DNA of 64,000 bases from Candidatus Shapirobacteria bacterium (GCA_028704635.1 JAQWFB010000004.1:2656-66655); one strand, 5' to 3'; shown: positions 39,567 to 49,510, counted from the stretch's first letter. Notes: a model not told the origin generated them from the letters alone. Numbers and translations: made by a program.

Positions 39567-39770
39567 ATGAAAGAACCAACTGTTAGAGGTCAAGTAACTG
39601 AAATCTTGCCTAATTCCCTATTTCGAGTTAAACTCGAAGGTGGCAACGAAATTATTGCTCATCTAGCCGGAAAACTTCGAATGCATCACATTCGAGTTAT
39701 GACTGGAGACAACGTTTCTTTAGTCCTCAGTCCAGAAGGAGAAAAAGGTAGAATTGTCTACCGAATATAA
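39567..39770 (+). CDS. infA: Translation initiation factor IF-1
   Basis: LPNSLFRVKL, AHLAGKLR..HIRV..GD, KGRIVYR. Confidence 0.96.
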   Translation: MKEPTVRGQVTEILPNSLFRVKLEGGNEIIAHLAGKLRMHHIRVMTGDNVSLVLSPEGEKGRIVYRI

Positions 39771-39827
39771 ATTAAACTTACTCTTTGATATTGTTGCTTT
39801 TTTAGGTTACAATATCCAAGTTCCTAT

Positions 39828-39941
39828 ATGAAAGTAAAATCTAGTATTAAATGTCGATGTAAAAACTGTAAAATAGTTCTCCGCAGGGGGGCTCGACGTG
39901 TTATTTGTTCTACAAAAAGACATACCCAAAGACAGGGTTAA
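39828..39941 (+). CDS. rpmJ: 50S ribosomal protein bL36 (not in the ORF track)
   Basis: Manual translation [37 protein letters not shown], between infA and rpsM. Confidence 0.95.
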   Translation: MKVKSSIKCRCKNCKIVLRRGARRVICSTKRHTQRQG

Positions 39942-39947
39942 ATAAAT

Positions 39948-40367
39948 ATGAGAATTGTTGGTGTTGAAATTCCAGATCACGAAAGAGCCGAAATTGGTTT
40001 AACTCGTTTTTTTGGCATTGGTAGGACCAATGTTAAAGAATTGGCCAAAAAAGCCAAAATTGATTTAAATACCAGAATTAAAGATCTTTCTCGTGATGAT
40101 GTTTCCAGTTTAATGAAAGCCCTTGAATCATTTAAAGTCGAAGGTGATCTTAAAAAAGAAATTAGAGAAAGTATTGATCGTTTAAAAGCCATCAGAGCTT
40201 ATCGTGGCATTCGCCATATCGTTAGTCTTCCAGTTCGAGGTCAAAGAACTAAAACTAACGCTCGAACAAGAAAAGGTAAGAAAAAGACTGTTGGTTCATT
40301 AACTAAAGAAGCTTGGGCAAAAATTGAAGCTCAACAAAAAGCTGCTAGTAATAACAGTAATAAATAA
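39948..40367 (+). CDS. rpsM: 30S ribosomal protein uS13
   Basis: YRGIRH..LPVRGQRTKTNARTRKG. Confidence 0.97.
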   Translation: MRIVGVEIPDHERAEIGLTRFFGIGRTNVKELAKKAKIDLNTRIKDLSRDDVSSLMKALESFKVEGDLKKEIRESIDRLKAIRAYRGIRHIVSLPVRGQRTKTNARTRKGKKKTVGSLTKEAWAKIEAQQKAASNNSNK

Positions 40368-40378
40368 TTAATTTAAAA

Positions 40379-40789
40379 ATGGCAGAAAAAAATATTAAAA
40401 ACAAAAGCACTACCGCTAACAAAAAGAAAACTTTTAAAAATATTGCTGAAGGCCGACTTTATATTCAGTCAACTTTTAATAATACTATTGTTACTGTTAC
40501 TGACGGTAAAGGCAAAGCTCTTGCTTGGTCTAGTGCTGGAAATTGTGGTTTTAAAGGAGCTAGAAAATCAACTCCATTTGCCGCCACTACTGCCATTGAA
40601 AAGACCTTAGAAGAAGCAAAAAAGCATGGTGTTAAAAAATTAGCAGTTTATTTGAAAGGTCCAGGCTCAGGTCGAGATGCTGCTCTCAGATATCTCCGAA
40701 CTAAAAGAGATTTTGATGTCGACATGATCTCTGATGTCACTCCAGTCCCTCACAATGGTCCACGACCTCCAAAACAAAGAAGAGTTTAA
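40379..40789 (+). CDS. rpsK: 30S ribosomal protein uS11
   Basis: STFNNTIVT, GFKGARKSTPFAA, DVTPVPHNG. Confidence 0.98.
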   Translation: MAEKNIKNKSTTANKKKTFKNIAEGRLYIQSTFNNTIVTVTDGKGKALAWSSAGNCGFKGARKSTPFAATTAIEKTLEEAKKHGVKKLAVYLKGPGSGRDAALRYLRTKRDFDVDMISDVTPVPHNGPRPPKQRRV

Positions 40790-40799
40790 CTAAAAAAAT

Positions 40800-41432
40800 A
40801 TGTCAAGAATTACTTTAAACACCAAATGTCGACTTTGTCGGGCTGCTGGTTCCAAACTTTATTTAAAAGGAGTTCGTTGCAACTCTTCAAAATGTCCAAT
40901 CGAAAAGAAAGGTGCAGTTAAGCCAGGTATGCACGGTGCCAAAGGTGGTAGTAAGCCTACTGATTATGGAATTCAGCTTCGTGCCAAACAAAAAGCTAAA
41001 AGAATTTACGCTGTTCAAGAAACTCAATTCAAAAATTATTATCTCAAAGCTAAAAAACTTAAAGGTTTGGTTGGTGATAATTTAATGATTCTTCTCGAAA
41101 GAAGATTGGATAATGTCCTTTACCAAGCTGGTTTAGTCTTATCTCGTTCTCTTTCAAAACAATTAATCAGTCATGGACACGTTTTAGTCAATGATAAAAA
41201 ATTAGATATTGCTTCTTATGAAACTAAAATCGGCGATGTCATCAGTTTTGATGACAAAACTGTTGCTTTCTACAAAGAAAACGTCCCCGCTGCTGAAAGC
41301 GATTTCAAAGCCCCTCAATGGCTTGATCTAAACAAAAAGAACTTTACTGTCAAAGTCATTTCCCTCCCAATTAGGGAAGAAATTGGCAATGACATTGATG
41401 TCAATTTAATAATTGAATATTATTCAAGATAA
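40800..41432 (+). CDS. rpsD: 30S ribosomal protein uS4
   Basis: CRLCR, QLRAKQK, LERRLDNV, IIEYYSR. Confidence 0.97.
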   Translation: MSRITLNTKCRLCRAAGSKLYLKGVRCNSSKCPIEKKGAVKPGMHGAKGGSKPTDYGIQLRAKQKAKRIYAVQETQFKNYYLKAKKLKGLVGDNLMILLERRLDNVLYQAGLVLSRSLSKQLISHGHVLVNDKKLDIASYETKIGDVISFDDKTVAFYKENVPAAESDFKAPQWLDLNKKNFTVKVISLPIREEIGNDIDVNLIIEYYSR

Positions 41433-41446
41433 TAAAAGGAGCTTCT

Positions 41447-42364
41447 ATGATCGAAACAAACAAATTTAATATCAAGACCGTAAAATCAGACAGTAATTAC
41501 GGAAAATTTGAGCTTAGTCCATTAGTTGGTGGTTTCGGCCACACTCTTGGTAACAGCTTACGTCGAGTCTTATTAATCACCGTTCCAGGTGCCGCCATTA
41601 CCAGAATCAGAATTGATGGTGCCAACCATCTCTTTACCACTCTTCCAGGCGTTAAAGAAGACTTAGTTGAAGTTTCTTTAAATCTTAAAAAGATTAAATT
41701 CAACTACAATAAAAACGAACCAATCGTTTTAACCCTCGAAAAGAAAGGTCCTGGTGTTATTACTGCTGGTGATATTGCTGATTCTGATTTATGTAAAGTT
41801 GCCAACCCAGAACAAGTTATTGCCACTCTTTCCGACAATAAATCATCTTTCAAAATGTCTTTAACAGTTGAAAGGGGAGTTGGTTATACCTTAGCTAAAG
41901 AACAAAAAACTGATGTTGTTGGCGAAATCATTCTTGATGCTGCATTTACTCCAGTTATTAAAACCAATTACACAGTCGAACCAACTCGTTTAGGTAAAAA
42001 ATCCAACTACGATAAATTAACTATGGAAATTTGGACTGATGGTTCAATTGATCCTCTCGTTGCTCTTAAATTGGCCGCCAAAGATTTAATTAATTCTTTC
42101 AGCCAAATTGCTGATCCAAAAGAATTTGAAGAAGAAGTCATTACTCTTTTAGCTTCTCCTGCCTCTCACGGTAGTGACATTTCTGTCGAAGAAATAGAAC
42201 TTCCTTTAAGAGTCACTAACGCCCTTAAAAAAGCTGGTTATCCAACCATCGATGCTTTAATCAAAGCTGGTCGTTTAGATGTCAGTAAGGCTAAAAATGT
42301 TGGTGAAAAATCATTAAAGGTTATCGATGCCTGGCTCAAAGAAAGAGGCTTCACTTGGAAATAA
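41447..42364 (+). CDS. rpoA: RNA polymerase alpha subunit
   Basis: GFGHTLGNSLRRVLL, GVKED, DAAFTPV, DKLTMEIWTDGSI, alpha-CTD. Confidence 0.98.
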   Translation: MIETNKFNIKTVKSDSNYGKFELSPLVGGFGHTLGNSLRRVLLITVPGAAITRIRIDGANHLFTTLPGVKEDLVEVSLNLKKIKFNYNKNEPIVLTLEKKGPGVITAGDIADSDLCKVANPEQVIATLSDNKSSFKMSLTVERGVGYTLAKEQKTDVVGEIILDAAFTPVIKTNYTVEPTRLGKKSNYDKLTMEIWTDGSIDPLVALKLAAKDLINSFSQIADPKEFEEEVITLLASPASHGSDISVEEIELPLRVTNALKKAGYPTIDALIKAGRLDVSKAKNVGEKSLKVIDAWLKERGFTWK

Positions 42365-42367
42365 ACT

Positions 42368-42850
42368 ATGAAACATCGTATCGCTGGAAAAAAATTACAT
42401 CGCAATTTTGATGAAAAAAGAGCCCTACTTAGATCTTTAACTAGAGCTATGTTCACTCATGGTGCCATTGAAACCACCGATGCTAAAGTAAAAGCTGTCG
42501 TTCCTATGGTAGAAAAATTAGCCAATATTATCATGACCAAAGAAGAACTAACCGCTAAAAGAGAATTATTTAGAGTTCTTCAAGACCAACATTGGGTTAA
42601 TCGCGTTGTCGCTAATTTCAAATCAGTTTTTGGTGATCAAACTTCAAATTTTACTACCATTCAAAAAATTAAACGTCGTTATGGTGATGACGCTTTAATC
42701 GTCAAATTCAGTTTTGTTAAAGCTGTTAATTTTAAACCAGAAATAAAAGAAGAAGTTAAAAAAGAAACTAAAAAAATAATTAAAAAAGTTGCTGTTAAAA
42801 AAGAAAAACCAGCAAAGAAAGTTAAAGCAGTCAAAAAGGAGTCAAAATAA
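42368..42850 (+). CDS. rplQ: 50S ribosomal protein bL17 with Lys-rich tail
   Basis: MKHR..GKKL.R, IETTDAK, RRYGDDA. Confidence 0.95.
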   Translation: MKHRIAGKKLHRNFDEKRALLRSLTRAMFTHGAIETTDAKVKAVVPMVEKLANIIMTKEELTAKRELFRVLQDQHWVNRVVANFKSVFGDQTSNFTTIQKIKRRYGDDALIVKFSFVKAVNFKPEIKEEVKKETKKIIKKVAVKKEKPAKKVKAVKKESK

Positions 42851-43266
42851 TGAAAACCACAGTTTTAAAAGGTAGTAGTGTTGAAAGAAGTTGGCATTTA
42901 GTCGATCTTAAGGGTAAAACTTTAGGTCGTGTTTGTACTGAAATCGCCGAACTTTTAATGGGTAAAAGTAAACCAACTTTTTCTTATCATCGTGATGATG
43001 GTGATTATGTTGTTGCCATTAACGCTGCAGATATTATTACTACTGGTCGTAAATTAAAACAAAAAATTTATTACCATCACACTGCTTGGTCTGGTCATTT
43101 AAAAGAACTCACCCTTGGTGAACTTATGAGAAAAGACCCTCGCAAAGTTATTGAACACGGTGTTTACGGTATGATTCCTAAAAATAAATTGAGAGATATC
43201 AGAATGACCCGTTTAAAAATTTTTGTTGGTGCTGACCACAAATACGCTGAAAAATTTATAAAATAA
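42850..43266 (+). CDS. rplM: 50S ribosomal protein uL13
   Basis: WHLVD..LGR, DDGDYVVAINA, GMIPKNKL. Confidence 0.97.
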   Translation: MKTTVLKGSSVERSWHLVDLKGKTLGRVCTEIAELLMGKSKPTFSYHRDDGDYVVAINAADIITTGRKLKQKIYYHHTAWSGHLKELTLGELMRKDPRKVIEHGVYGMIPKNKLRDIRMTRLKIFVGADHKYAEKFIK

Positions 43267-43270
43267 AATT

Positions 43271-43684
43271 ATGGCAACCAAAAAACCTACTTCAAACACT
43301 TACACTTATGCTTTAGGCAGAAGAAAAGCTGCTGTTGCTACCGTTAAATTATTTTCCGGGAAAGGTGAGTCTACAATAAATAAAATTGCTATCGAAAAAT
43401 ATTTTCCTAGCAAAACATCTAAAATTGCCTACGACAGACCCTTTTTGATTACCGATACTGTTGGTAAGTATTACTTTCAAGCCAGATTGATTGGTGGCGG
43501 TAAAGGCGGTCAAGTTGAAGCCCTAAGCTTAGCTCTTTGTCGTGCTTTAGTTAAAATCAACGAAAGTTACAAACCAATTATTAAACCAACTGGTTTATTG
43601 ACTGTCGATTCTCGAGTCAAGGAAAGAAGAATGGTTGGTACTGGTGGTAAATCTCGCCGCCAAAAGCAATCTCCAAAGCGTTAA
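43271..43684 (+). CDS. rpsI: 30S ribosomal protein uS9
   Basis: GRRKAAVA, GGG..GQ, LLTVDSRVKER, QSPKR. Confidence 0.96.
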   Translation: MATKKPTSNTYTYALGRRKAAVATVKLFSGKGESTINKIAIEKYFPSKTSKIAYDRPFLITDTVGKYYFQARLIGGGKGGQVEALSLALCRALVKINESYKPIIKPTGLLTVDSRVKERRMVGTGGKSRRQKQSPKR

Positions 43685-43707
43685 AAAATATTCTGTTTTA
43701 AATAATC

Positions 43708-43733
43708 AACCCCGCCAACTCGGCGGGGTTTTT
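43708..43733 (+). terminator. Intrinsic terminator ending the ribosomal supercluster
   Basis: AACCCCGCC-AACTC-GGCGGGGTTTTT. Confidence 0.85.
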
Positions 43734-43750
43734 GTTTATAATCAACTCAT

Positions 43751-44479
43751 ATGTCATTTATACAAGCTATAATTCTCAGTTTCATTCAAGGTGTTGCCGA
43801 ATTTTTACCAATTTCCTCCTCTGGTCATCTCAATTTAGCTCAATATTTTTTTAAAATTGAACCATCACTAACTTTAGATATTTTTCTTAACACGGCTACT
43901 TTCTTATCAGTTTTGTTTTTCTTTCGAAAACAATTAAAATATTTTTTTACCAATCTAAAATTTATTATCGTTGCTTCAATTCCAGCCGGCTTAGTAGGAA
44001 TTTTATTCAAAGATCAAGTCGATTCCGTTTTTGCCAACATTCATCTCTTGCCTTTTTTCTTTATTTTAGGTTCGCTTTTTGTTTTTTCAACCAAATTTTT
44101 TGGCCAAAAAGATAATAAATTAAATTATAAAAAGGCCATTATTATTGGGATTTTTCAAGCAGTTGCCATCCTACCAGGGGTTTCTCGTGCCGGTGCCACT
44201 ATTTTTGCTGGTTTATTATTAGGACTCGCCCCAATTCAAGCCTTTAATTTTTCTTTTTGTCTTTTTATTCCAGCCTCTTTTGGAGCCCTTCTTTTAGGTG
44301 CCAAAGATTTATCCACCTCTGGAATCTTAAGCCCAGAATATTTACTCGCATTTATAATTACTTTCTTTGTTGGTATTTTTGCCCTTGGTGTTCTTAAAAA
44401 AGTTTTAATCGGTCACAAATTTTGGATTTTTGGAGTTTATACTTTTATACTAGCTATTGCCACTTTTTTCATCCTTTAA
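43751..44479 (+). CDS. uppP: Undecaprenyl-diphosphatase (BacA)
   Basis: QGVAEFLPISSSGHL, AILPGVSRAGATI. Confidence 0.95.
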   Translation: MSFIQAIILSFIQGVAEFLPISSSGHLNLAQYFFKIEPSLTLDIFLNTATFLSVLFFFRKQLKYFFTNLKFIIVASIPAGLVGILFKDQVDSVFANIHLLPFFFILGSLFVFSTKFFGQKDNKLNYKKAIIIGIFQAVAILPGVSRAGATIFAGLLLGLAPIQAFNFSFCLFIPASFGALLLGAKDLSTSGILSPEYLLAFIITFFVGIFALGVLKKVLIGHKFWIFGVYTFILAIATFFIL

Positions 44480-44496
44480 CGTTATAATGTCATTAT

Positions 44497-45258
44497 ATGA
44501 TTAAAAAAGATTTTAAAGCTCGTGAATTATTAGAAAAAAGTCTAGTTTTATATAAAAAAAATTTTTTAACTTTATTTACCATCGCATTCGCACCATTATT
44601 TGTCTCTATTTTTTTATTATTAATAGTTAATTTCTATTCTTCATCCGTTTTAAGTGGGTTTTCTAGTCTAATTGAAGGAAAAAATATTAGTTTTAATATT
44701 TTAAGTTTTTCAACATCGATTTTAATTATTGTCTTAGTTTTCATCATTAATTCCGTCATTGCCAGCTGGGGAGAATTAGCTCTGTTAAATACTGTTAAAA
44801 ACCAAGAAAGAAGTATTCTAGAAGTTGGTAAACAAACTTGGAAAAAAATAATTCCGTTTTGGTTATTATCTATAATTTATTATTCCATCTGCTCAGTTGG
44901 GACAATTTTATTAATAATTCCAGGGATTTTATTCGTAATTTGGTTTAGCCTTTGTTTTTGGATTTTTATTGATCAAGACATTAGAGGTTTTGATGCCCTA
45001 AAACTTAGTCGTAAATATATGAAAGGAAATATTTCCTATTTTCTTAAAAAATGGCTTTATTTATTAATTCCATACATAATCCTTTCGATTTTTTTAGAAA
45101 TTATTTTAAAAACAACCAATTCGTCTGATTTCGTTAGTAGTTTAATAGACAATATTTTTGCTGCTTTAATAGGGCCAATTTTCACTATCTATAGTTATTT
45201 TATCTACAAAAAAATTAAGTCAACCAAAATTAAAGCTATCAAACACAAGAAAAGTTAA
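44497..45258 (+). CDS. Polytopic membrane protein of unknown function
   Basis: Five to six hydrophobic segments, LLIIPGILF..W motif. Confidence 0.75.
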   Translation: MIKKDFKARELLEKSLVLYKKNFLTLFTIAFAPLFVSIFLLLIVNFYSSSVLSGFSSLIEGKNISFNILSFSTSILIIVLVFIINSVIASWGELALLNTVKNQERSILEVGKQTWKKIIPFWLLSIIYYSICSVGTILLIIPGILFVIWFSLCFWIFIDQDIRGFDALKLSRKYMKGNISYFLKKWLYLLIPYIILSIFLEIILKTTNSSDFVSSLIDNIFAALIGPIFTIYSYFIYKKIKSTKIKAIKHKKS

Positions 45259-45419
45259 CATTCCCCAGTCTTTCCGCCTAATCTATCTGCTACTAATTTC
45301 TTTAAATTTTCTGACGCTAATCTAATAACTCCTTTCTTTTTGACTTTTTGCTTACTATCTTGATTTTTAATCTCAATTTTAAAAACCAATTCTTGTTCAA
45401 TTTTATTTTCTATATCCAT
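45255..45419 (-). CDS. Small basic hypothetical protein (54 aa)
   Basis: ATG 2 nt after the exonuclease stop; no recognisable motif. Confidence 0.4.
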   Translation of the reverse strand: MDIENKIEQELVFKIEIKNQDSKQKVKKKGVIRLASENLKKLVADRLGGKTGEC

Positions 45420-45421
45420 AT

Positions 45422-46375
45422 TTAGATCTGTCCACTCATATAATTTTTCCAAATCAGATATAATTCGGCTGTGGCAGTTGCGTCTCTAGCCACATAATCA
45501 GCAATTTTATTAAATTCACCCGCATCGTACAAGCCAGAAACATCGCCTCCATGGACTCCTTTTTCTTTCGGATTCTCAATTCCAAAAGCTTTACACAACA
45601 TTTCCAATTTGAAAGCATGGCTTTGTTTAATTTTATTTTGCAAATCAATAAATTTTTCTGAACCCCATCTTTTAATTTCAAACGGCATTTTAACTCGGTT
45701 AATTCCTGATCGAATCATTAAATACGGAAAATCAAAACTATCGCCATTATAAGTCACAAATTGTTCATATTTTGCCGTCAATTTCCAAAATTCTTCCAAT
45801 AATTCCTTTTCTGTTCCGAATGTTTTATAAACGAAATTTTCTTTTTCTGGTGTAATTTCTTTACTCGATAAACTTAAAACAATTCCAGTTTTATTATTAA
45901 AATCATATCCACCAATAGCACAAACCATTCCAAAAATAGAATATAAAGCTGTTTTCTTTTTAGCTTTTTCCTTATCCACTTCGGCTTTTTCTAAGTTGTT
46001 TAAAAGATAGTCCTGCTCTACTTCATCTAATTCTTCAAATTTCTTACCTAAAGTTTCAATATCAAACACCAAAGTTGGTATAGAAGGGGAGTAATCGCTG
46101 GCTTCTTCACTGGCCACAACCTGGCAACTATCAATTATTATACCCATTTTTCCATTATATTCTTGAGTTTTTCCATTCAATTCAATTACTTTTCCAACTT
46201 CAAAATTACATTGAGGGATATTATTATTCCAAATTTTAGCTTCAATTTTTCCATCTTTATCATTTAATTCCAAAACATAAAAATTATCCCCATTTTTAGT
46301 TTGTTTAATCTCTTGTTTACTAACTAAAAAATGTCTATCTCTTATTAATTCATTTGCTTCAAACTTAATTGCCAT
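45422..46375 (-). CDS. OB-fold + DEDDy 3'-5' exonuclease fusion
   Basis: N-terminal YhaM-like OB fold (TKNGDNFYVLELNDKDGKIEAKIW..G.VIELNG). Exonuclease motifs VFDIET, YNGDSFDFPYL, YVARD. Confidence 0.8.
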   Translation of the reverse strand: MAIKFEANELIRDRHFLVSKQEIKQTKNGDNFYVLELNDKDGKIEAKIWNNNIPQCNFEVGKVIELNGKTQEYNGKMGIIIDSCQVVASEEASDYSPSIPTLVFDIETLGKKFEELDEVEQDYLLNNLEKAEVDKEKAKKKTALYSIFGMVCAIGGYDFNNKTGIVLSLSSKEITPEKENFVYKTFGTEKELLEEFWKLTAKYEQFVTYNGDSFDFPYLMIRSGINRVKMPFEIKRWGSEKFIDLQNKIKQSHAFKLEMLCKAFGIENPKEKGVHGGDVSGLYDAGEFNKIADYVARDATATAELYLIWKNYMSGQI

Positions 46376-46448
46376 ATTTCAAATTATACCCCATCCAAGG
46401 CTACAATTATGTTATAACTTATATATGTATCAAATACATATTAAAAAC

Positions 46449-46476
46449 TTGACTTATAATATTAAAATGTTATAAT
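46449..46476 (+). promoter_or_regulatory. Promoter of ppa (leaderless type)
   Basis: TTGACT-N16-TATAAT with extended TG, 8 nt before the ATG. Confidence 0.65.
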
Positions 46477-46484
46477 TCCTCCAT

Positions 46485-47048
46485 ATGAATTCACTCATAA
46501 CTCTTGGCGACAAATCTCCAAAGGTAATCAATGCCATTGTCGAAATCGTCAAACAAACATCAAACAAGTACGAATATGACGAAGAATTAGACATTATCAA
46601 ATTAGATCGTGTCTTGCATTCACCAATGTTTTATCCAGTTGATTATGGTTTTATCCCTGAAACCCGTTCTAAAGACGGAGATCATTTAGATGTCATGATT
46701 TTAACCAATTCTCCAGTTTTTACCGGTTGTCTTTTAGAAGTCCGACCAATTGGAGTTTTAATTATGTCTGATGAAAATGGTGAAGATGAAAAAATCTTAG
46801 CGGTTCCTTTAAAGAACCCAGTTTATGATGAAATGAAAAAACTATCTGATGTTCCAGAACATTGTTTAAAAGAATTAGTTCACTTTTTTACTGAGTATAA
46901 AAGATTAGAAAGTAATAAAGACGTTGCCGTCAAGGGCTGGCTTGGTCGAAAAGAAGCCTACGACATTATTCGAGAATCTGCTAAAGTTTACAAAGACGAA
47001 CAAAAACAAAAAGAACTTGAACTAGCCCAATCTTCTCTCGAAGTCTAA
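46485..47048 (+). CDS. ppa: Family I inorganic pyrophosphatase
   Basis: KYEYD, YPVDYGFIPET..DGDHLDV, DENGEDEKI, HFFTEYK. Confidence 0.96.
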   Translation: MNSLITLGDKSPKVINAIVEIVKQTSNKYEYDEELDIIKLDRVLHSPMFYPVDYGFIPETRSKDGDHLDVMILTNSPVFTGCLLEVRPIGVLIMSDENGEDEKILAVPLKNPVYDEMKKLSDVPEHCLKELVHFFTEYKRLESNKDVAVKGWLGRKEAYDIIRESAKVYKDEQKQKELELAQSSLEV

Positions 47049-47545
47049 TTCATCTCTTTTTTACAAATCAATTCAGTTTCTAGCTTTTTATAGTCAATTA
47101 TTGTCAGTATTCCTGTTGCTAGATCGAAAAATGCCAACAGTAAATACAATGGATTCCATCCGCTGAAAAATTTAAACAATAATAATATTGCCAAAGTAAA
47201 CCATGTATATATTGCCAAAGGATATGCCCATAATTTTCTTTTTAATAACATAACAGATAAGAAAGTTTTTATTAATCCATGCGCTAATAAATAAACCATT
47301 CCAAAACTGATTCCTGGGTTTATACTTTGTACTATTTCTACTAACTTATTAGCCAAAAAATCATTTGGATCTTGAGTCAGTTCGTGTTCAGTTATTTTTA
47401 AAATAAATTGCACCAACTTATCTGTTTTGGCAGAATATACCAACAAAGCCCCGCCAAGTATTTCAAACACTCCTTCTAGACCCTTAAAAAAAACGATTAT
47501 TTCAAATAATTTCGATAATATTCTGTCTATTTTTATTTTTGTCAT
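47045..47545 (-). CDS. DUF2127-like membrane protein
   Basis: FKGLEGVFEILGG, HELTQDPNDFLA, YLLAHGLIK, KLWAYP. True start ATG 47545, downstream of the tRNA. Confidence 0.75.
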   Translation of the reverse strand: MTKIKIDRILSKLFEIIVFFKGLEGVFEILGGALLVYSAKTDKLVQFILKITEHELTQDPNDFLANKLVEIVQSINPGISFGMVYLLAHGLIKTFLSVMLLKRKLWAYPLAIYTWFTLAILLLFKFFSGWNPLYLLLAFFDLATGILTIIDYKKLETELICKKEMN

Positions 47546-47550
47546 ATTTG

Positions 47551-47624
47551 TCGGGGATACAGGATTTGAACCTGCAACCTCATGCACCCCATGCATGCAC
47601 GCTAGCCAATTGCGCCAATCCCCG
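47551..47624 (-). tRNA. tRNA-Pro(GGG), CCA not encoded
   Basis: CGGGGAT-TG-GCGC-AATTGGCTA-GCGT-G-CATGC-ATGGGGT-GCATG-AGGTT-GCAGG-TTCAAAT-CCTGT-ATCCCCG-A cloverleaf. Confidence 0.96.
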
Positions 47625-47765
47625 TAAGAGTATCTATTATTTTACCAGATTTAATATTTCTCCGACAAACTATGTCAAATTCGGGTTTTCTTCGTTTTAC
47701 TTATTGACTTGATATATTTCCTTTTGGTATCACTATAAATGTAAAGTTAATTTTATTAAAAACAT

Positions 47766-48860
47766 ATGTACAAAAAGAAAGTAAAAAAAGAAAAACAAAA
47801 AGGTTCTCCAGTTGGTGGCAATCAAAGTCAAAAAAATGAAGCTATTCGTGTTGCTATGGAGCAAATTACCAAAGCTTATGGTGACGGTGCCATCATGAAA
47901 ATGGGCGAAAAACAGGCAGACATGTCTATCGACATTGTTCCAACCGGCTGTCTTCCCTTAGACATTGCTCTTGGAGTTGGTGGTTTACCTCGTGGTCGGG
48001 TCACTGAAATTTTTGGACCAGAAGCTTCTGGAAAAACCACTCTTTGTCTCCATGTCATCGCCGAGGCCCAAAAAATGGGCGGCACCGCTGCCTTTATTGA
48101 TGTCGAACACGCTCTCGATCCCAGTCGTGCGGCTGCAATTGGTGTTAATTTGGATAACCTTTTAATTTCTCAGCCAGACAATGGTGAACAAGCTCTCGAA
48201 ATAGTTGAAACCCTTGTCCGCTCAAATGCTGTTGATGTTGTTGTTCTCGATTCCGTTGCTGCTCTCGTTCCTAGAGCCGAAATTGAAGGAGAAATGGGCG
48301 ATTCCATGATGGGTGTTCAAGCTCGTCTTATGTCTCAAGCTCTTCGAAAATTAACCGGTGCCATTTCTAAATCCAAAACTATTGTCATTTTTACCAATCA
48401 AATTCGCCAAAAGATTGGCATTATGTTTGGTAATCCCGAAACCACTCCTGGTGGTTTAGCTCTCAAATTTTATGCTTCAGTTCGCATCGATCTTCGTAAA
48501 ATTGCTAATATTAAAACTGCTTCTGGTGAATCAATCGGTTCTCAACACCGTGCCCGAATTATCAAAAATAAAGTCGCTCCACCATTCAGAGAAGCCGAAT
48601 TTGACATCATGAACACTGAAGGTGTTTCCATTTATGGAAGTTTAGTTGATTTAGCTATTCAACACGGGTTAATCATCAAATCAGGTGCTTTCTTTAAAGT
48701 TGAGGGTCAAAACATTCAAGGTCGTGAAGGCGCTAAAAAATATCTTAGAGAAAATCCTAAATTAGCCGAAGATATTAAAAAACAAATTTGGAAAAAAGTT
48801 AAAGAAAATACCCAACCAGCCAAACTTGAGCGACCTACCGACGCTCCAGTTGAAGAATAA
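47766..48860 (+). CDS. recA: Recombinase RecA
   Basis: [47 protein letters not shown]. Confidence 0.99.
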   Translation: MYKKKVKKEKQKGSPVGGNQSQKNEAIRVAMEQITKAYGDGAIMKMGEKQADMSIDIVPTGCLPLDIALGVGGLPRGRVTEIFGPEASGKTTLCLHVIAEAQKMGGTAAFIDVEHALDPSRAAAIGVNLDNLLISQPDNGEQALEIVETLVRSNAVDVVVLDSVAALVPRAEIEGEMGDSMMGVQARLMSQALRKLTGAISKSKTIVIFTNQIRQKIGIMFGNPETTPGGLALKFYASVRIDLRKIANIKTASGESIGSQHRARIIKNKVAPPFREAEFDIMNTEGVSIYGSLVDLAIQHGLIIKSGAFFKVEGQNIQGREGAKKYLRENPKLAEDIKKQIWKKVKENTQPAKLERPTDAPVEE

Positions 48861-49510
48861 TGCAAATCACTAGTATTAAAACCAGTAAAATTCCAAATCG
48901 GGTTTGGATAACTTTCTCTGATCGTTCTTTTATTCCATTTTTTATCGATGATATCGTTAAATTATCTTTGGTAAAAAATCAGGAAATTGATGAATCAAAA
49001 TTAAAGCTAATTACAAAAACTGCTTTGCAGTTTATTGGTCGTGAATATGCTCTTCGTCAAATTGCTATTTCTCCTAAAACCGAAAAAATTATCAACCAAA
49101 AACTTAAATTATTTTTCCAAAAAACAATTCTTAAATATAAATTTAATACCAATAATTTAAATTTAAGCGAAATTAATCAACAAATAATTAAAGAGTTAAA
49201 AGACAGAAAACTTTTAAATGATCAAGATTTTATTGATTATTTTGTCAAAAAAAATCATAAAAAATCTCGCCAGCAAATTATTTATTCCCTTCAACAATTT
49301 GGTGTCGATTCCAGTCTTTTATCTTCAGTTGAATTTAACCAAGAAAGCGATATTGATAAAATCAAAAAATTATTAAATAAAAAAAATATAGATAAATCAA
49401 AATTAACCGATTTTAACGAAAAAAATAAAATCAAAGCCAGTCTTTATCGTCGCGGTTTCAATCTGTCAGATATAAATAATGCATTTGACGATTGGCTCAA
49501 TTTTAGATAA
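48860..49510 (+). CDS. recX: RecX family regulator
   Basis: Overlaps the recA stop. LLNDQDF, L.QFGVD, SLYRRGF. Confidence 0.8.
   Translation: MQITSIKTSKIPNRVWITFSDRSFIPFFIDDIVKLSLVKNQEIDESKLKLITKTALQFIGREYALRQIAISPKTEKIINQKLKLFFQKTILKYKFNTNNLNLSEINQQIIKELKDRKLLNDQDFIDYFVKKNHKKSRQQIIYSLQQFGVDSSLLSSVEFNQESDIDKIKKLLNKKNIDKSKLTDFNEKNKIKASLYRRGFNLSDINNAFDDWLNFR

Noticed and set aside
34383-41432. Zn-ribbon forms of uL24, uS14, bL36 and uS4
   Set aside because: Well-known C+ variants; not unusual.
47546-47627. N-terminal extension of the DUF2127 ORF (MHGVHEVAGSNPVSPT) and ORF 47427-47627
   Set aside because: These are translations of tRNA-Pro; the real start is ATG 47545.
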